55,546 bases of DNA, from positions 1-55,546 of the IMG/VR virus record IMGVR_UViG_3300005662_000001. One strand, 5' to 3'. The notes beneath the pieces are model-generated. The model had not been told where the DNA came from. It ran no database searches and worked only from the letters and a program-made list of their open reading frames with translations. This stretch comes from a virus (taxonomy: Duplodnaviria > Caudoviricetes). A program made the position numbers and the translations under genes. The first letter of the stretch is position 1; every line of letters begins with the position of its first letter. Positions 19,491-28,907 of this stretch are shown one piece after another.

Positions 19491-19702
19491 AAGCCAAGCA
19501 CCTTCTTAATGAGTTCACCAGCGACGCCGGGGCCAAACAACACGCAGACAATCACGCCATACAAAAGGTACTCAATCTTGGTCATGCGCTTTGAGCCATC
19601 GTCAAAGCGACCCTGAATGCCCTCATAACGCTGGGCGCAGATTGCTTCGTGGACGCTTAGACGCTTGTCAGTCTCCGAGGCAAGTTCGTGAACATCCGCC
19701 AT
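19487..19702 (-). CDS. Small coiled-coil/TM protein (holin candidate)
   Basis: HEAICAQRY coiled coil then a C-terminal transmembrane segment. Confidence 0.6.
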   Translation of the reverse strand: MADVHELASETDKRLSVHEAICAQRYEGIQGRFDDGSKRMTKIEYLLYGVIVCVLFGPGVAGELIKKVLGL

Positions 19703-19703
19703 C

Positions 19704-19844
19704 TCATTCGTCTTTCTGCTCTGCCTCTGGAGGCTTTGCGGCTTCTTGAACAGCCTGAATCAGATGAAAAACTTCTTGATAAGGACGAGCGCCAAGGTAA
19801 CCAAGGACTTGATTTACGATTTCAACTGGTAATTCAATTTTCAT
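19704..19844 (-). CDS. Small hypothetical protein (46 aa, not in ORF track)
   Basis: MKIELPVEIVNQVLGYLGARPYQEV..., AAGGA RBS, fills the gap exactly. Confidence 0.7.
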   Translation of the reverse strand: MKIELPVEIVNQVLGYLGARPYQEVFHLIQAVQEAAKPPEAEQKDE

Positions 19845-19853
19845 TTTTGTTCC

Positions 19854-20798
19854 TTAGAAAGTGATGGAGCCTGATGAAGTCCATTGGTAAATGCGATAAC
19901 CACCAGTCACGGTAATTGTGGGAGAACCTGTTGTTGCAGATGCCGCAGGTGCTGAATCAACATAGCGAATAATTACGATGCCAGAACCACCCGCACCGCC
20001 AGCATAACCGGGGCCACTTGGGTAAGAGCCACCACCACCACCGCCACCAGTATTAGCGGTTCCAGCAGTTCCAGTATTAGTTCCAGAACCTCCAGCGCCA
20101 CCACCTCCAGCGCCACCAGCACCCGCTTGTGTATCTGGGGTTGAGCCTGCGTCGTTAAATCCGCCACCACCTCCACCAGCGCGAGTAACCGCACTGCCTG
20201 TAATAGAAGATGATGAGCCAGCACCTCCAGCGCCAGCCTGTCCAACTGTGCCGTTATCACCCGCCGCGCCAGCGCCACCTCCGCCTCCATGAACTCCGTT
20301 TGGAATACCATTGCCACCATTGTTACCTTGTGATGGTGAGGTTGATGGAGTATTTCCTGCGCCACCATTTACTTGATATCCGCCACCGCCACCTGAGCCA
20401 CCTGCGCTTCCAGTTAAAGATGTCCCACCACCACCACCACCACCGCTAGAGGTAATGGTTGAAAAAACAGAATCTCCGCCGTTTGAGCCATTGATTTCAG
20501 GTACTCCACCAACGCCACCAGCACCTACAGTTACGGTAATTGCAGAGCCTGTTGCAACAGCAAGTCCAGTTGATGTTCTGTAACCGCCTGCGCCACCACC
20601 ACCAGATGAACCGCCACCGCCGCCGCCGCCGCCAGCGATGACAAGATATTCAATAGTCGTAGGAAAAGGCGGGACAGGCCAAACACCCTGCTTCTGATAC
20701 CCAGCCTGTTGTGAAAGCGTCCACATCCCCTGCGCCGACGATGTCGATACAGTTGGTTCGTTTTTACTTATAAACCCACCGGGGTACTGTTCAGACAT
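19854..20798 (-). CDS. Glycine-rich virion protein (copy 3)
   Basis: YLVIAGGGGG...GGSGIVIIRY...SSGSITF. Confidence 0.8.
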   Translation of the reverse strand: MSEQYPGGFISKNEPTVSTSSAQGMWTLSQQAGYQKQGVWPVPPFPTTIEYLVIAGGGGGGGGSSGGGGAGGYRTSTGLAVATGSAITVTVGAGGVGGVPEINGSNGGDSVFSTITSSGGGGGGGTSLTGSAGGSGGGGGYQVNGGAGNTPSTSPSQGNNGGNGIPNGVHGGGGGAGAAGDNGTVGQAGAGGAGSSSSITGSAVTRAGGGGGGFNDAGSTPDTQAGAGGAGGGGAGGSGTNTGTAGTANTGGGGGGGSYPSGPGYAGGAGGSGIVIIRYVDSAPAASATTGSPTITVTGGYRIYQWTSSGSITF

Positions 20799-21138
20799 CT
20801 GTCACCTCAATCCAAGCAACAGTTGGTTCATCCCAACGATAAAACTTGCCATCTTCAACAGGCATGGGTGTTGGAGCATTCCACAAACAAGTGTCTTCAT
20901 TCAATGTCCAAGAGGCAAATGGCTTGGGGGGAATAAATGCATCACGCTGGGCGTCGTAGGTATAACCAATACCTGCGTAGTTTTTACGCAAAGGGCGACC
21001 TTCTGGGTGCTGACCACCTCGTGTGTTGTACGAAGTCTGAACCCAGCCCGTACCAAACATACCAGAGTCAATTACATCTTGTTCAGCAACGATAACTTGT
21101 GTGACGATGCCGTTTTCTACTTGTGCAAAGTGTGCCAT
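20791..21138 (-). CDS. Partner of glycine-rich protein (copy 2)
   Basis: MAHFAQ...QTSYN...RKNYAGIGY.YD..RDAFIPP; paralogue of 22016-22390. Confidence 0.8.
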   Translation of the reverse strand: MAHFAQVENGIVTQVIVAEQDVIDSGMFGTGWVQTSYNTRGGQHPEGRPLRKNYAGIGYTYDAQRDAFIPPKPFASWTLNEDTCLWNAPTPMPVEDGKFYRWDEPTVAWIEVTDV

Positions 21139-21147
21139 TTTTGTTCC

Positions 21148-22023
21148 TCAGAATGTGATTGAACCAGATGAAGTCCAAGTATATGTACGGTAGCCACCTG
21201 CTACGGAAATAGTAGGTGAGCCTGTTGTGGAAGTTGCGGCTGGATAAGAATCCGCATAACGAATAACTACAATACCAGAGCCGCCACTTTGTCCGTAAGA
21301 ATAAGTTCCAGAATTACCATTACCACCAGCCCCACCGCCAGTGTTTGTTCCGCCATTTTGTCCTTGCACCGAACTATTTCCAGTGCCGCCATTACCGCCA
21401 CCGCCAGCGCCACCAGTGCCCGGGGTTGCGCCTTGGGAACTACCTCCAGCGCCGCCACCACCAGCATAAGTGTTTCCGTCAAACGCTGTAGTGCCAGCAC
21501 CGCCATTACCAGAAGGTGTGCCAGTTGAATTTCCCCCTACTGCGCTTGCGCCTCCACCCCCACCACTTCCATATGGAGAACCTGTATTTCCTGTGCCGCC
21601 ATCATTACCCTGCCCAGCAGTTCCAGCACCGCCAGTATTAGTACCAGCACCAGCACCACCGCCACCAGAGCCGCCAGCGCGGCCATTGCGATTTGCAGAA
21701 CCAGCGCCACCTCCGCCGCCACCAGTTGATGTAATGGTTGAAAACACTGAATTGCCACCATCACCACCCGCAGTGTTGTAATCTGCGCCAGCAATACCGC
21801 CAGCACCAACCGTGACAGTAAGAGTCCCCAATGGGGCAGAAAAACCAGTTGCGGTTCTAAATCCGCCACCGCCACCCCCAGCGCCTCGGTCACCGCCAGA
21901 ACCACCGCCACCAGCAACAACCAAATATTGAATAGGCGCGGCAAAAGTAGGGAAAGGCCAAGTGCCACCGCCTATGGCCTGCAACTGCTGTCTTGATGTC
22001 CAAATACCAGAATAATTAGGCAT
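21148..22023 (-). CDS. Glycine-rich virion protein (copy 2)
   Basis: YLVVAGGGG...GGSGIVVIRY...SSGSITF. Confidence 0.8.
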   Translation of the reverse strand: MPNYSGIWTSRQQLQAIGGGTWPFPTFAAPIQYLVVAGGGGSGGDRGAGGGGGGFRTATGFSAPLGTLTVTVGAGGIAGADYNTAGGDGGNSVFSTITSTGGGGGGAGSANRNGRAGGSGGGGAGAGTNTGGAGTAGQGNDGGTGNTGSPYGSGGGGGASAVGGNSTGTPSGNGGAGTTAFDGNTYAGGGGAGGSSQGATPGTGGAGGGGNGGTGNSSVQGQNGGTNTGGGAGGNGNSGTYSYGQSGGSGIVVIRYADSYPAATSTTGSPTISVAGGYRTYTWTSSGSITF

Positions 22024-22390
22024 TGGTTACCTCCACCCAAGATGTTGTAAGTTCATCCCAAGTGTAGCGTTTGCCATCTGTAGGGAATGGTGTAGGCGCT
22101 TCCCAAGTACAAGATGTTTCGTTTAAACCCCAAGATGGAAATGGCTGGGGCGGTATAAAAGCATCGCGCCCAACATCGTATGCGTAACCAATACCAGCGT
22201 AGTTTTTACGAAGCGGAGTTCCACCATTTTTGTGAATGCCACCAGAAGTGTTGTAACTTGTGCGCTTGCAAGTCTGACCGCGAAATTCACCGTAGTGTTG
22301 CTCCCAATCAATACCGCTTTCGCCTTCGTCTTTTCCTACAATAACTTCTGTGACGATGTTGTTTGAATCTAAGAATGCGTAATGTGCCAT
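22016..22390 (-). CDS. Partner of glycine-rich protein (copy 1)
   Basis: MAHYAF...RTSYN...RKNYAGIGY.YD..RDAFIPP. Confidence 0.8.
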   Translation of the reverse strand: MAHYAFLDSNNIVTEVIVGKDEGESGIDWEQHYGEFRGQTCKRTSYNTSGGIHKNGGTPLRKNYAGIGYAYDVGRDAFIPPQPFPSWGLNETSCTWEAPTPFPTDGKRYTWDELTTSWVEVTNA

Positions 22391-22399
22391 GTTTATTCC

Positions 22400-23551
22400 T
22401 TAGACAGTAACTGTTCCTGTGCCAGCGGTAAATGTATAGATGGTGTTACCGCCAGAAGTTGTCTTGGTATAGGTTAAGCCACCACCAATAGATGCAAAAT
22501 CAGCACTTGTTGATGGGTAAGCAATAATTACAATTCCAGAACCACCTGCTCCACCCAAAGATGGAGTACCTGTTACTCCGCCACCACCGCCACCAGTATT
22601 GACAGTACCAGCATTACCGGGGCTAAAAGAGGTGTTTGCACTGCCTGTCGCACCGCCTCCAGAACCTCCAGTTGGGGTAGTGCCGCCGTTTCCTCCAGAG
22701 CCACCGCCTCCAGCGTAAGTTACAGAAGAACCGCTAATAGATGATGCGGCGCCATTACCGCCGTTTCCTACAGAAGAACCGCCAGTCGCACCTACTGCGC
22801 CTGCACCGCCGCCACCACCGCCATAGTATGGAGAACCGCCACCATCGCCACCGTCATTACCTTGGGATGGGCTTGTACTTGGTGTGTTACCAAAGCCTTT
22901 AGTTGAGCCGCCACCACCGCTTCCTGAACCACCACCACCAGAGCCGCCGTTGCCACCAGTAGGGCCGCCACTACCAGCGCCATAACCACCGCCAGCAGAA
23001 GTTATGGTGCTAAATACAGAACTATTGCCTTGGCTACCTTGCGTAGTATTGCTTGGGCTTCCTGCACCACCAGCGCCAACTGTTACTGTAAACGATGAGC
23101 CAATGGAAAAAGCAGAACCCGACCTAAATCCACCGCCACCACCACCGCCACTGTTGTAACCAGAACCACCGCCTGTACCACCACCGCCAGCAACTACAAG
23201 GTAATCAACTGAGGTCGGCGCTACTGGAACCGCAGGAGTGACGCTATTACTAGCCGCGCTTGCTGGGCCAGTTCCAAACGCATTTGTTGCAACAACGGTA
23301 AATGTGTACGCAGTCCCATTAGAAAGACCGCTGACTGTAATGGGAGAAGATGCGCCAGTGCCAGTAAACCCGCTAGGGCTTGATATGACCGTGTAACCCG
23401 TAATTGCTCCACCACCAATATCGGAAGGCGCTGTAAAAGTTACAGACGCACTTGTGTTACCAGCCGTGGCTGTACCAATCGTAGGCGCGTTAGGAACCTT
23501 CAATGGAAAGTATGAGGCTGTTAAAAACCCCGCTTGATAGCGCATCGACAT
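22400..23551 (-). CDS. Glycine-rich virion protein with fibronectin type III domain (copy 1)
   Basis: PNAPTI...GLSNGTAYTFTVVATNAFGTGPAS FN3 signature followed by the Gly-rich domain. Confidence 0.8.
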   Translation of the reverse strand: MSMRYQAGFLTASYFPLKVPNAPTIGTATAGNTSASVTFTAPSDIGGGAITGYTVISSPSGFTGTGASSPITVSGLSNGTAYTFTVVATNAFGTGPASAASNSVTPAVPVAPTSVDYLVVAGGGGTGGGSGYNSGGGGGGGFRSGSAFSIGSSFTVTVGAGGAGSPSNTTQGSQGNSSVFSTITSAGGGYGAGSGGPTGGNGGSGGGGSGSGGGGSTKGFGNTPSTSPSQGNDGGDGGGSPYYGGGGGGAGAVGATGGSSVGNGGNGAASSISGSSVTYAGGGGSGGNGGTTPTGGSGGGATGSANTSFSPGNAGTVNTGGGGGGVTGTPSLGGAGGSGIVIIAYPSTSADFASIGGGLTYTKTTSGGNTIYTFTAGTGTVTV

Positions 23552-23563
23552 AAGTCGCTCCTA

Positions 23564-23938
23564 TCAGGATGTGATTGCTTCGTAAGACGATGTCAGTTCA
23601 ATTGCGCTACCAGTGCCTACAGTCACCACAATGGATTGAGCCTCGCCAACATAAATGCTGGTGGTCTTATCAATGATGATGAGCGATGCGTTTGCTGGCA
23701 CACTGATTTGGTAGGCAATGTCATAAGCCGTACCGCCACCACCAGTTGCGCTGTTGATTGACACCGTCACCGCAACGGCAGAGCCAGTCACATTGGCGGC
23801 AACAATATTGTTGACCTTATTGACTGTTCCAACAGCAGGAGTCAGCGCAGTCCATGTGGTTGCGGCTGTCGTGCTAGGAATTAAATATGTCGTGTTACCG
23901 TAGATTGAGGTTACATTGACTATGTTTGGGTTTGCCAT
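23564..23938 (-). CDS. Virion structural protein
   Basis: 124 aa beta-rich MANPNIV...; AGGAG RBS. Confidence 0.7.
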   Translation of the reverse strand: MANPNIVNVTSIYGNTTYLIPSTTAATTWTALTPAVGTVNKVNNIVAANVTGSAVAVTVSINSATGGGGTAYDIAYQISVPANASLIIIDKTTSIYVGEAQSIVVTVGTGSAIELTSSYEAITS

Positions 23939-23948
23939 TTATTGCTCC

Positions 23949-24593
23949 TTAGAATCCAAAAATCATCGCCATAGCGATGGACTTACCAGTGCCGATGCCA
24001 CCAAGCGCAGAAAGCGCCGCAGAGGCAGAAGTTTGACCTGTACCGCCATTGGCAATCGCCAATGTTCCAGCCAAGGTGACCGCACCAGAAGTTGCCGTTG
24101 AAGGCGTCAATCCAGTAGTTCCTGCGCTGAAAGTTGTAACACCACCTGATGACGCCGCCCATGATGCCGTCGTGCCATTGGACGTCAAAACATAGCCGTT
24201 TGCGCCAATTGCAAGACGGGTTGCACTGTTTGTGCCGTTACCCAGAATCAAGTCGCCCGTTGTGGTAATGGGGGACAAGGCATTGAACGCCGCGCCTGCT
24301 GTTGTCTGACCAGTACCACCGTTTGCAATTGCAAGCGTTCCAGCAACCGTTACAGCACCTGAAGTAGCTGTTGAAGGGGTAAGACCAGTCGAGCCAAAAG
24401 AAATTGTTGTAACAGGTGCTGTGACAGCATTTGATGCCAACAACTTTACAACGCCTGCACTGTTTTTAAAGTACAACTTCTCGTCTACAGTATTGAGTGC
24501 TAACTCGCCAGCAACAAGATTGCCAGCAGACGGGACTGCCGCCGCAGTTGTGCTGTAGTACAGCGAAATAGGGGTGAAATTTACTGCCGCCAT
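23949..24593 (-). CDS. Tail-fibre-like protein with internal duplication
   Basis: GELALNT.D.KLYFK fibre N-terminus; two TGLTPSTATSGAVT.AGTLAIANGGTGQT copies. Confidence 0.7.
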   Translation of the reverse strand: MAAVNFTPISLYYSTTAAAVPSAGNLVAGELALNTVDEKLYFKNSAGVVKLLASNAVTAPVTTISFGSTGLTPSTATSGAVTVAGTLAIANGGTGQTTAGAAFNALSPITTTGDLILGNGTNSATRLAIGANGYVLTSNGTTASWAASSGGVTTFSAGTTGLTPSTATSGAVTLAGTLAIANGGTGQTSASAALSALGGIGTGKSIAMAMIFGF

Positions 24594-24886
24594 TAGAAGG
24601 TTCCTCCTGAGATACCGCCAGTTGTGCCTGTTCCAACAGTTAGCACGCTTGTGGATTGATTATAAGTAAGGTTTGCAGATTGAGCCAGTACGCTAGTGCT
24701 TGAGGCGTATAGAACCCCTTCTGCCGTGTATGACGACAAGTTGGTTCCTCCGTTAGCAACAGGCAAAACGCCAGTAACACCAGTAGTCAGCGGGAGACTG
24801 GCTCCTTGCGACAGGTTATAGGTGTCGCCAACTTGAATTTCTTCAATTGCAACACCATCAATTACGAGTGGGTATCGTGCCGTCAT
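24593..24886 (-). CDS. Small fibre-associated protein
   Basis: 97 aa with LPVANGGT fibre repeat. Confidence 0.6.
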   Translation of the reverse strand: MTARYPLVIDGVAIEEIQVGDTYNLSQGASLPLTTGVTGVLPVANGGTNLSSYTAEGVLYASSTSVLAQSANLTYNQSTSVLTVGTGTTGGISGGTF

Positions 24887-24896
24887 TTTCTATTCC

Positions 24897-27191
24897 TCAA
24901 AATAAAGCAACATTGACTATGGTTACGCCGTCATGCAACAAAACAGGCAAGTAGCCACTTGCAACTGAAATTTGTACCACAGAAGCATTGTGTAAAACAA
25001 CTGGCAAATATGTGGGGTTCAACTGCCAATCAGGAGCGCTTCCAGTTGATTTTAAAACCCGACCAGCGACTCCAATTGGCAACTTTGTCAGTGTCGTAGA
25101 ACCAGTGGCATAAAGCAAGTCACCAGCAGTGTATGACGTAATGTTTGTACCGCCCAAGTTAACAGGGACGGTAGTTAACGAAATGACTGTGCCAGAAACA
25201 TTGATTGGCGCAGTTCCTGTATAGACTTGTGAGGTACTGAACTCCGCAAACTGAATATTGGAAGTACCAAATGTAATTGTTCCCGCAGGGGCGCTCAAAA
25301 CATAAGCGATACCTTTGTTAACCGTGCCATTTTGTACAAAGAAATAATCGTTAAGGCTTAGTTGATTTGTGCCAGAACCGTAGGTATCCGCATCTGTTGC
25401 GCGAGTCAGAACCGTTCCGCCTGTTGCCCATGTGTAGACACCGTTTTGGATTTGATTGACTTGGTCTTTAATTAAAACCCGATTGGTGTTAACAAGCGTA
25501 TAACCATCCAACACGGTCAATGGTGTGCCAAGTGTGAGCGTAGCCCCAACGCCAGCCGTGCCGTTGTTATAGGTGACAACTCCAGTCAAAGGCGCGGTAG
25601 TCGCCGCCTGCACTGGCTGGTGATACGTCAAACCCGTTGAGGTTGCGGTATCAACGTATTGTTTGGTGGCTAACTGTAATGCAGTAGTTGGGTCTTGCGT
25701 AACCGCAACAGAAGTCAATCCGCCCAAGGTAAGGCTAGAAGCACCAAGAGCAATTGCAGTTGTACCAACGGTCACAGATGAGTTGGTCAGACTTGCGTTT
25801 GCAATGTTGGTCAGCGTGTTTGAAGCCCCACTAATTGTCTTGTTTGTTAGCGTTTGAGCCGCAGTGTTAGTGGTTACTTGGTCTGAGACAACAGAGGCAG
25901 AAGCCATGTTGAACGCGCCACCAGTAATTGATTTGCCAGTAAATGTCAAATTAGTAGGTAATGACAAAACTGGTGTCTGACCACCAGTAGAATCTATTTC
26001 ATTGGCTGTACCAGTTACGGAGGTCACCGCACCAATTGCAGATGCGGAGATTGCGGTGTTCACAATAGAGGTCACTTGACCTTGCGCGTTTACCGTAAAA
26101 GCTGGAACTTGAGATGAAGAGCCATAAGTACCAGCGGTTGCGCCAGTGTTGGCAATTGAAATCGTACCTGTGGAGGTGATTGGGCCACCTGTCAAACCAG
26201 TTCCAGTTGCAACCGAAGTTACTCCTGAGCCAGCGGCAATGGTTTGCCAACTACCGTTGATATAACCCTCAAACAATGCAAATGTAGTGCTATATCGCAA
26301 CATTCCATTTGCTGGGCTTAGAGGTCGGTCTGCCGTAGCACCAGCAGGAACTAGCACGTTTGACGCACCGGGCAACTGGGGGTTATTGGCAATCGAAATT
26401 TGAGGCGTTGTTGATGAATTTACAACCGTAATCTGATTGGACGTTCCGCTCACAGAAGTGACCGTACCGTCACCTTGACCAAAGTTGTACCAGTTTCCGC
26501 TTTGAAAACCTTGAAAACGAGCGGTGGTGGTGTTGTAGCGAATCTGACCACCAAAGCCAACGGGTAGCTGTCCAGTCGTTCCAGAGGGTACAGCCATCGC
26601 GCCAGTGCCGGGCAACACGACGTTGTCAGCAATTGAAATCGTTGGGTTACCAGACTGACCATCGCCGTTTACAAGATTGACTTGACTGGCAGTTCCTGTA
26701 ATTGTGCGAGGGCTAAGACCAGTCCCACCAATTAACGCCACCATCCCAGAACCGCTCAAGTTGGCAAGCGATGCAGGCAAACCACTCAAAGCCACCGTTG
26801 GATTGCCAGAAACGCCATCTCCGTTAGAAACGGACAGACCAGCGCCAGAAGAGGCTACAGAACGCCCCGTAATGGCTGTAGAAGACGTTTTAACCTGAAT
26901 ACCAGTACCAGAGTTCACCAGAGACAACAAAGCGCCTGTGGTGCTTATATTGAAAAGTCCTTGCGCTCCGCCGTCGGTCAAAGTCAATCCATTGGTAGCG
27001 CCAAAGTAGCGACTGTTGGGCAACTGCGGGGTCTGATTGACCGTCAGGTAGGTGTAGACCTGCGAAGGAGCGGAAGCAATTGCACCCGTGGTTGTTTGAA
27101 CCGTTACGCCGTTTTGGACAATAGGTACAGACTCAGCGCCAGTGATAGCACCAGCGGCTGGGAGTTGGAGTATGGAAACTTGTGCTGACAT
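24897..27191 (-). CDS. Long tail fibre/structural protein
   Basis: 764 aa T/G/S-rich; RYNTT..F.G repeats, ATKQYVD, RVLIKDQ..QNGVY fibre motifs. Confidence 0.75.
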   Translation of the reverse strand: MSAQVSILQLPAAGAITGAESVPIVQNGVTVQTTTGAIASAPSQVYTYLTVNQTPQLPNSRYFGATNGLTLTDGGAQGLFNISTTGALLSLVNSGTGIQVKTSSTAITGRSVASSGAGLSVSNGDGVSGNPTVALSGLPASLANLSGSGMVALIGGTGLSPRTITGTASQVNLVNGDGQSGNPTISIADNVVLPGTGAMAVPSGTTGQLPVGFGGQIRYNTTTARFQGFQSGNWYNFGQGDGTVTSVSGTSNQITVVNSSTTPQISIANNPQLPGASNVLVPAGATADRPLSPANGMLRYSTTFALFEGYINGSWQTIAAGSGVTSVATGTGLTGGPITSTGTISIANTGATAGTYGSSSQVPAFTVNAQGQVTSIVNTAISASAIGAVTSVTGTANEIDSTGGQTPVLSLPTNLTFTGKSITGGAFNMASASVVSDQVTTNTAAQTLTNKTISGASNTLTNIANASLTNSSVTVGTTAIALGASSLTLGGLTSVAVTQDPTTALQLATKQYVDTATSTGLTYHQPVQAATTAPLTGVVTYNNGTAGVGATLTLGTPLTVLDGYTLVNTNRVLIKDQVNQIQNGVYTWATGGTVLTRATDADTYGSGTNQLSLNDYFFVQNGTVNKGIAYVLSAPAGTITFGTSNIQFAEFSTSQVYTGTAPINVSGTVISLTTVPVNLGGTNITSYTAGDLLYATGSTTLTKLPIGVAGRVLKSTGSAPDWQLNPTYLPVVLHNASVVQISVASGYLPVLLHDGVTIVNVALF

Positions 27192-27566
27192 TTATGTACT
27201 CGTATTGTCTGGGGGGTTAGGAGCAATCGTATCCTTATTCCCTGTGTTGGTCGGAGTTTGAGTGTTTTGTTCGGTCGAAATCTGGAACTGGCTTGAGCCG
27301 TCCATGTTCTGGCTTCCAGTCATCAGGAAGTTGTCGTTAGCCGCAACACTCACATCAGGGCGTGCAAACCGAAGGTTAATCCTTTCGGTTTTCCGTGCCG
27401 CCAAACGGTAGGGGTCAAGCGTGTCCCAGCATCCGTCGCCACAGACGCGAAGACCGGGGGAGTTCCCATCAGGTCTCAGATTCACATACGGCTTTTTCAT
27501 CTTGCACCTATCGCACACCGCGATAGCAAGTGAAGTAAGACCGATTGTGTCCAAGAAAATAGGCAT
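27192..27566 (-). CDS. Cys-containing head-tail module protein
   Basis: CDRC...C.DGCWD putative zinc site; flush with neighbours. Confidence 0.65.
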   Translation of the reverse strand: MPIFLDTIGLTSLAIAVCDRCKMKKPYVNLRPDGNSPGLRVCGDGCWDTLDPYRLAARKTERINLRFARPDVSVAANDNFLMTGSQNMDGSSQFQISTEQNTQTPTNTGNKDTIAPNPPDNTST

Positions 27567-27569
27567 CCG

Positions 27570-28640
27570 TTACCTCGTGTAGACGGAAATGTTAGGAGCA
27601 AAGTAAATCGGCGACTTGTCGCGCTCTTCTTGCTCCGCTTCGTACAGGTACTTCTCAGCCATCTTTTCCAGATAACCAACCCTATCCATCGCTACTTGAG
27701 GGAGTTCGAGGCTCATACGGTGAGCCAGCATGAACACCACAGCCTCATACCAGCGCTGGGGAATCTGCAATTCGTCAGTCAAAGCGCCGACATCCATGAT
27801 TTGGCTGGAGTACCACACAGTCATCTGCACAAAGGCGTTGCTGGGGGTAGGCCAAAGATAAATCGTCGGATTAGGAATAGTGCGGTCAAACCAAAATTGG
27901 TAGGGCTGGTTTGCTGTAAAGTTTTTGTTGGGCAGGTTGGTGTAGTCGTCGCGGTTTAGGCGAGACATCATCACTTCGGTGCTGTTGTTGCCGATGTACC
28001 ACTCACGCAGGGCTAAAGTAGTCCCGCCAGAGGCAACGATGCGGTAAAACGGCACGTTTTGACCGGGGTCTATATCCGTCCACACCCATGTGTTGTCGGT
28101 CACCGCGACCGCTCCAAGGTTCTCCAACGTGGTGTAAGTCACCCCGTCAGACGAGTATTGGAGCGAAATATTCCACGTTGCTGACCCACCACCTGCAATG
28201 TAGGGCAAAAACCCAATAGAGCCTGCATAGATGGGGTTTGACGTCCCGTAATTGACCGTGAAGTTCCCGTTTGCAGAAGTCTGCTGGGTGTAGGTGTCAA
28301 TGTTGCCGTCGTAGAGGTTTGCAACAACACCGCCTGCGGATGAGGTGTATGCCCCATCAGGGCGCGTCATCGTGCGATACAGCACGTTAAGCGTGTCTAC
28401 AGCCCCGTCAGGCAGGGTGTAGCGGTATTTGTCTGGGGTGAGACCAATGACCTCTTTTTGGATAGCCCAGTATTGGATACCACGGTTGATTAGGTTTGAC
28501 AGCAAAAAGCCAAGCGATTGACGGGCGGAAAGAACCTGCTCAGAAGTCAGTTCCTCTGCCAGCTTACCGCACCGACGAGCGCCGTGGTCAATCAAAGTTT
28601 GCACATTGACCGTTTGTCCGTAGGTGTCAGAGTACGCCAT
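27570..28640 (-). CDS. Head-tail adaptor-like protein with inserted discoidin-like domain
   Basis: N.G...W, LPNK, YLWP.P, PQRW adaptor motifs flanking YDGN.DTY...LQYSSDG...YRI. Confidence 0.65.
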   Translation of the reverse strand: MAYSDTYGQTVNVQTLIDHGARRCGKLAEELTSEQVLSARQSLGFLLSNLINRGIQYWAIQKEVIGLTPDKYRYTLPDGAVDTLNVLYRTMTRPDGAYTSSAGGVVANLYDGNIDTYTQQTSANGNFTVNYGTSNPIYAGSIGFLPYIAGGGSATWNISLQYSSDGVTYTTLENLGAVAVTDNTWVWTDIDPGQNVPFYRIVASGGTTLALREWYIGNNSTEVMMSRLNRDDYTNLPNKNFTANQPYQFWFDRTIPNPTIYLWPTPSNAFVQMTVWYSSQIMDVGALTDELQIPQRWYEAVVFMLAHRMSLELPQVAMDRVGYLEKMAEKYLYEAEQEERDKSPIYFAPNISVYTR

Positions 28641-28652
28641 CTTTTCTTGTCC

Positions 28653-28907
28653 TTACCAACCGGGGCAGTCCCACCGCTTCAGCGATGCCTTAGCGCGTGG
28701 CGCGTCCCCTTTTGAATGTTCCACAACACCACTCATGCGTGCGCAAAAGGAATCCTTTCGAGCGCCACCTTTAGGCTGTGGAGCCTTTAAATTGCTTCCA
28801 GTTTCACGGTTGTATTTTGCCCGACCTTTGGCTGTTAAGCCAGCGCCTTTTTCAACGGGCAACTTCTCACCGCGACCAACTGCAAGATTGACTTTTTTTT
28901 TGCTCAT
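28653..28907 (-). CDS. Small basic protein (DUF6321-like)
   Basis: GLTAKGR...LKAP...RKDSFCARM...SLKRWDC. Confidence 0.7.
   Translation of the reverse strand: MSKKKVNLAVGRGEKLPVEKGAGLTAKGRAKYNRETGSNLKAPQPKGGARKDSFCARMSGVVEHSKGDAPRAKASLKRWDCPGW

Noticed and set aside
19854-23551. Diversity-generating retroelement or invertible shufflon acting on the Gly-rich copies
   Set aside because: No reverse transcriptase or recombinase; all copies are intact, same-strand and differ at all base types
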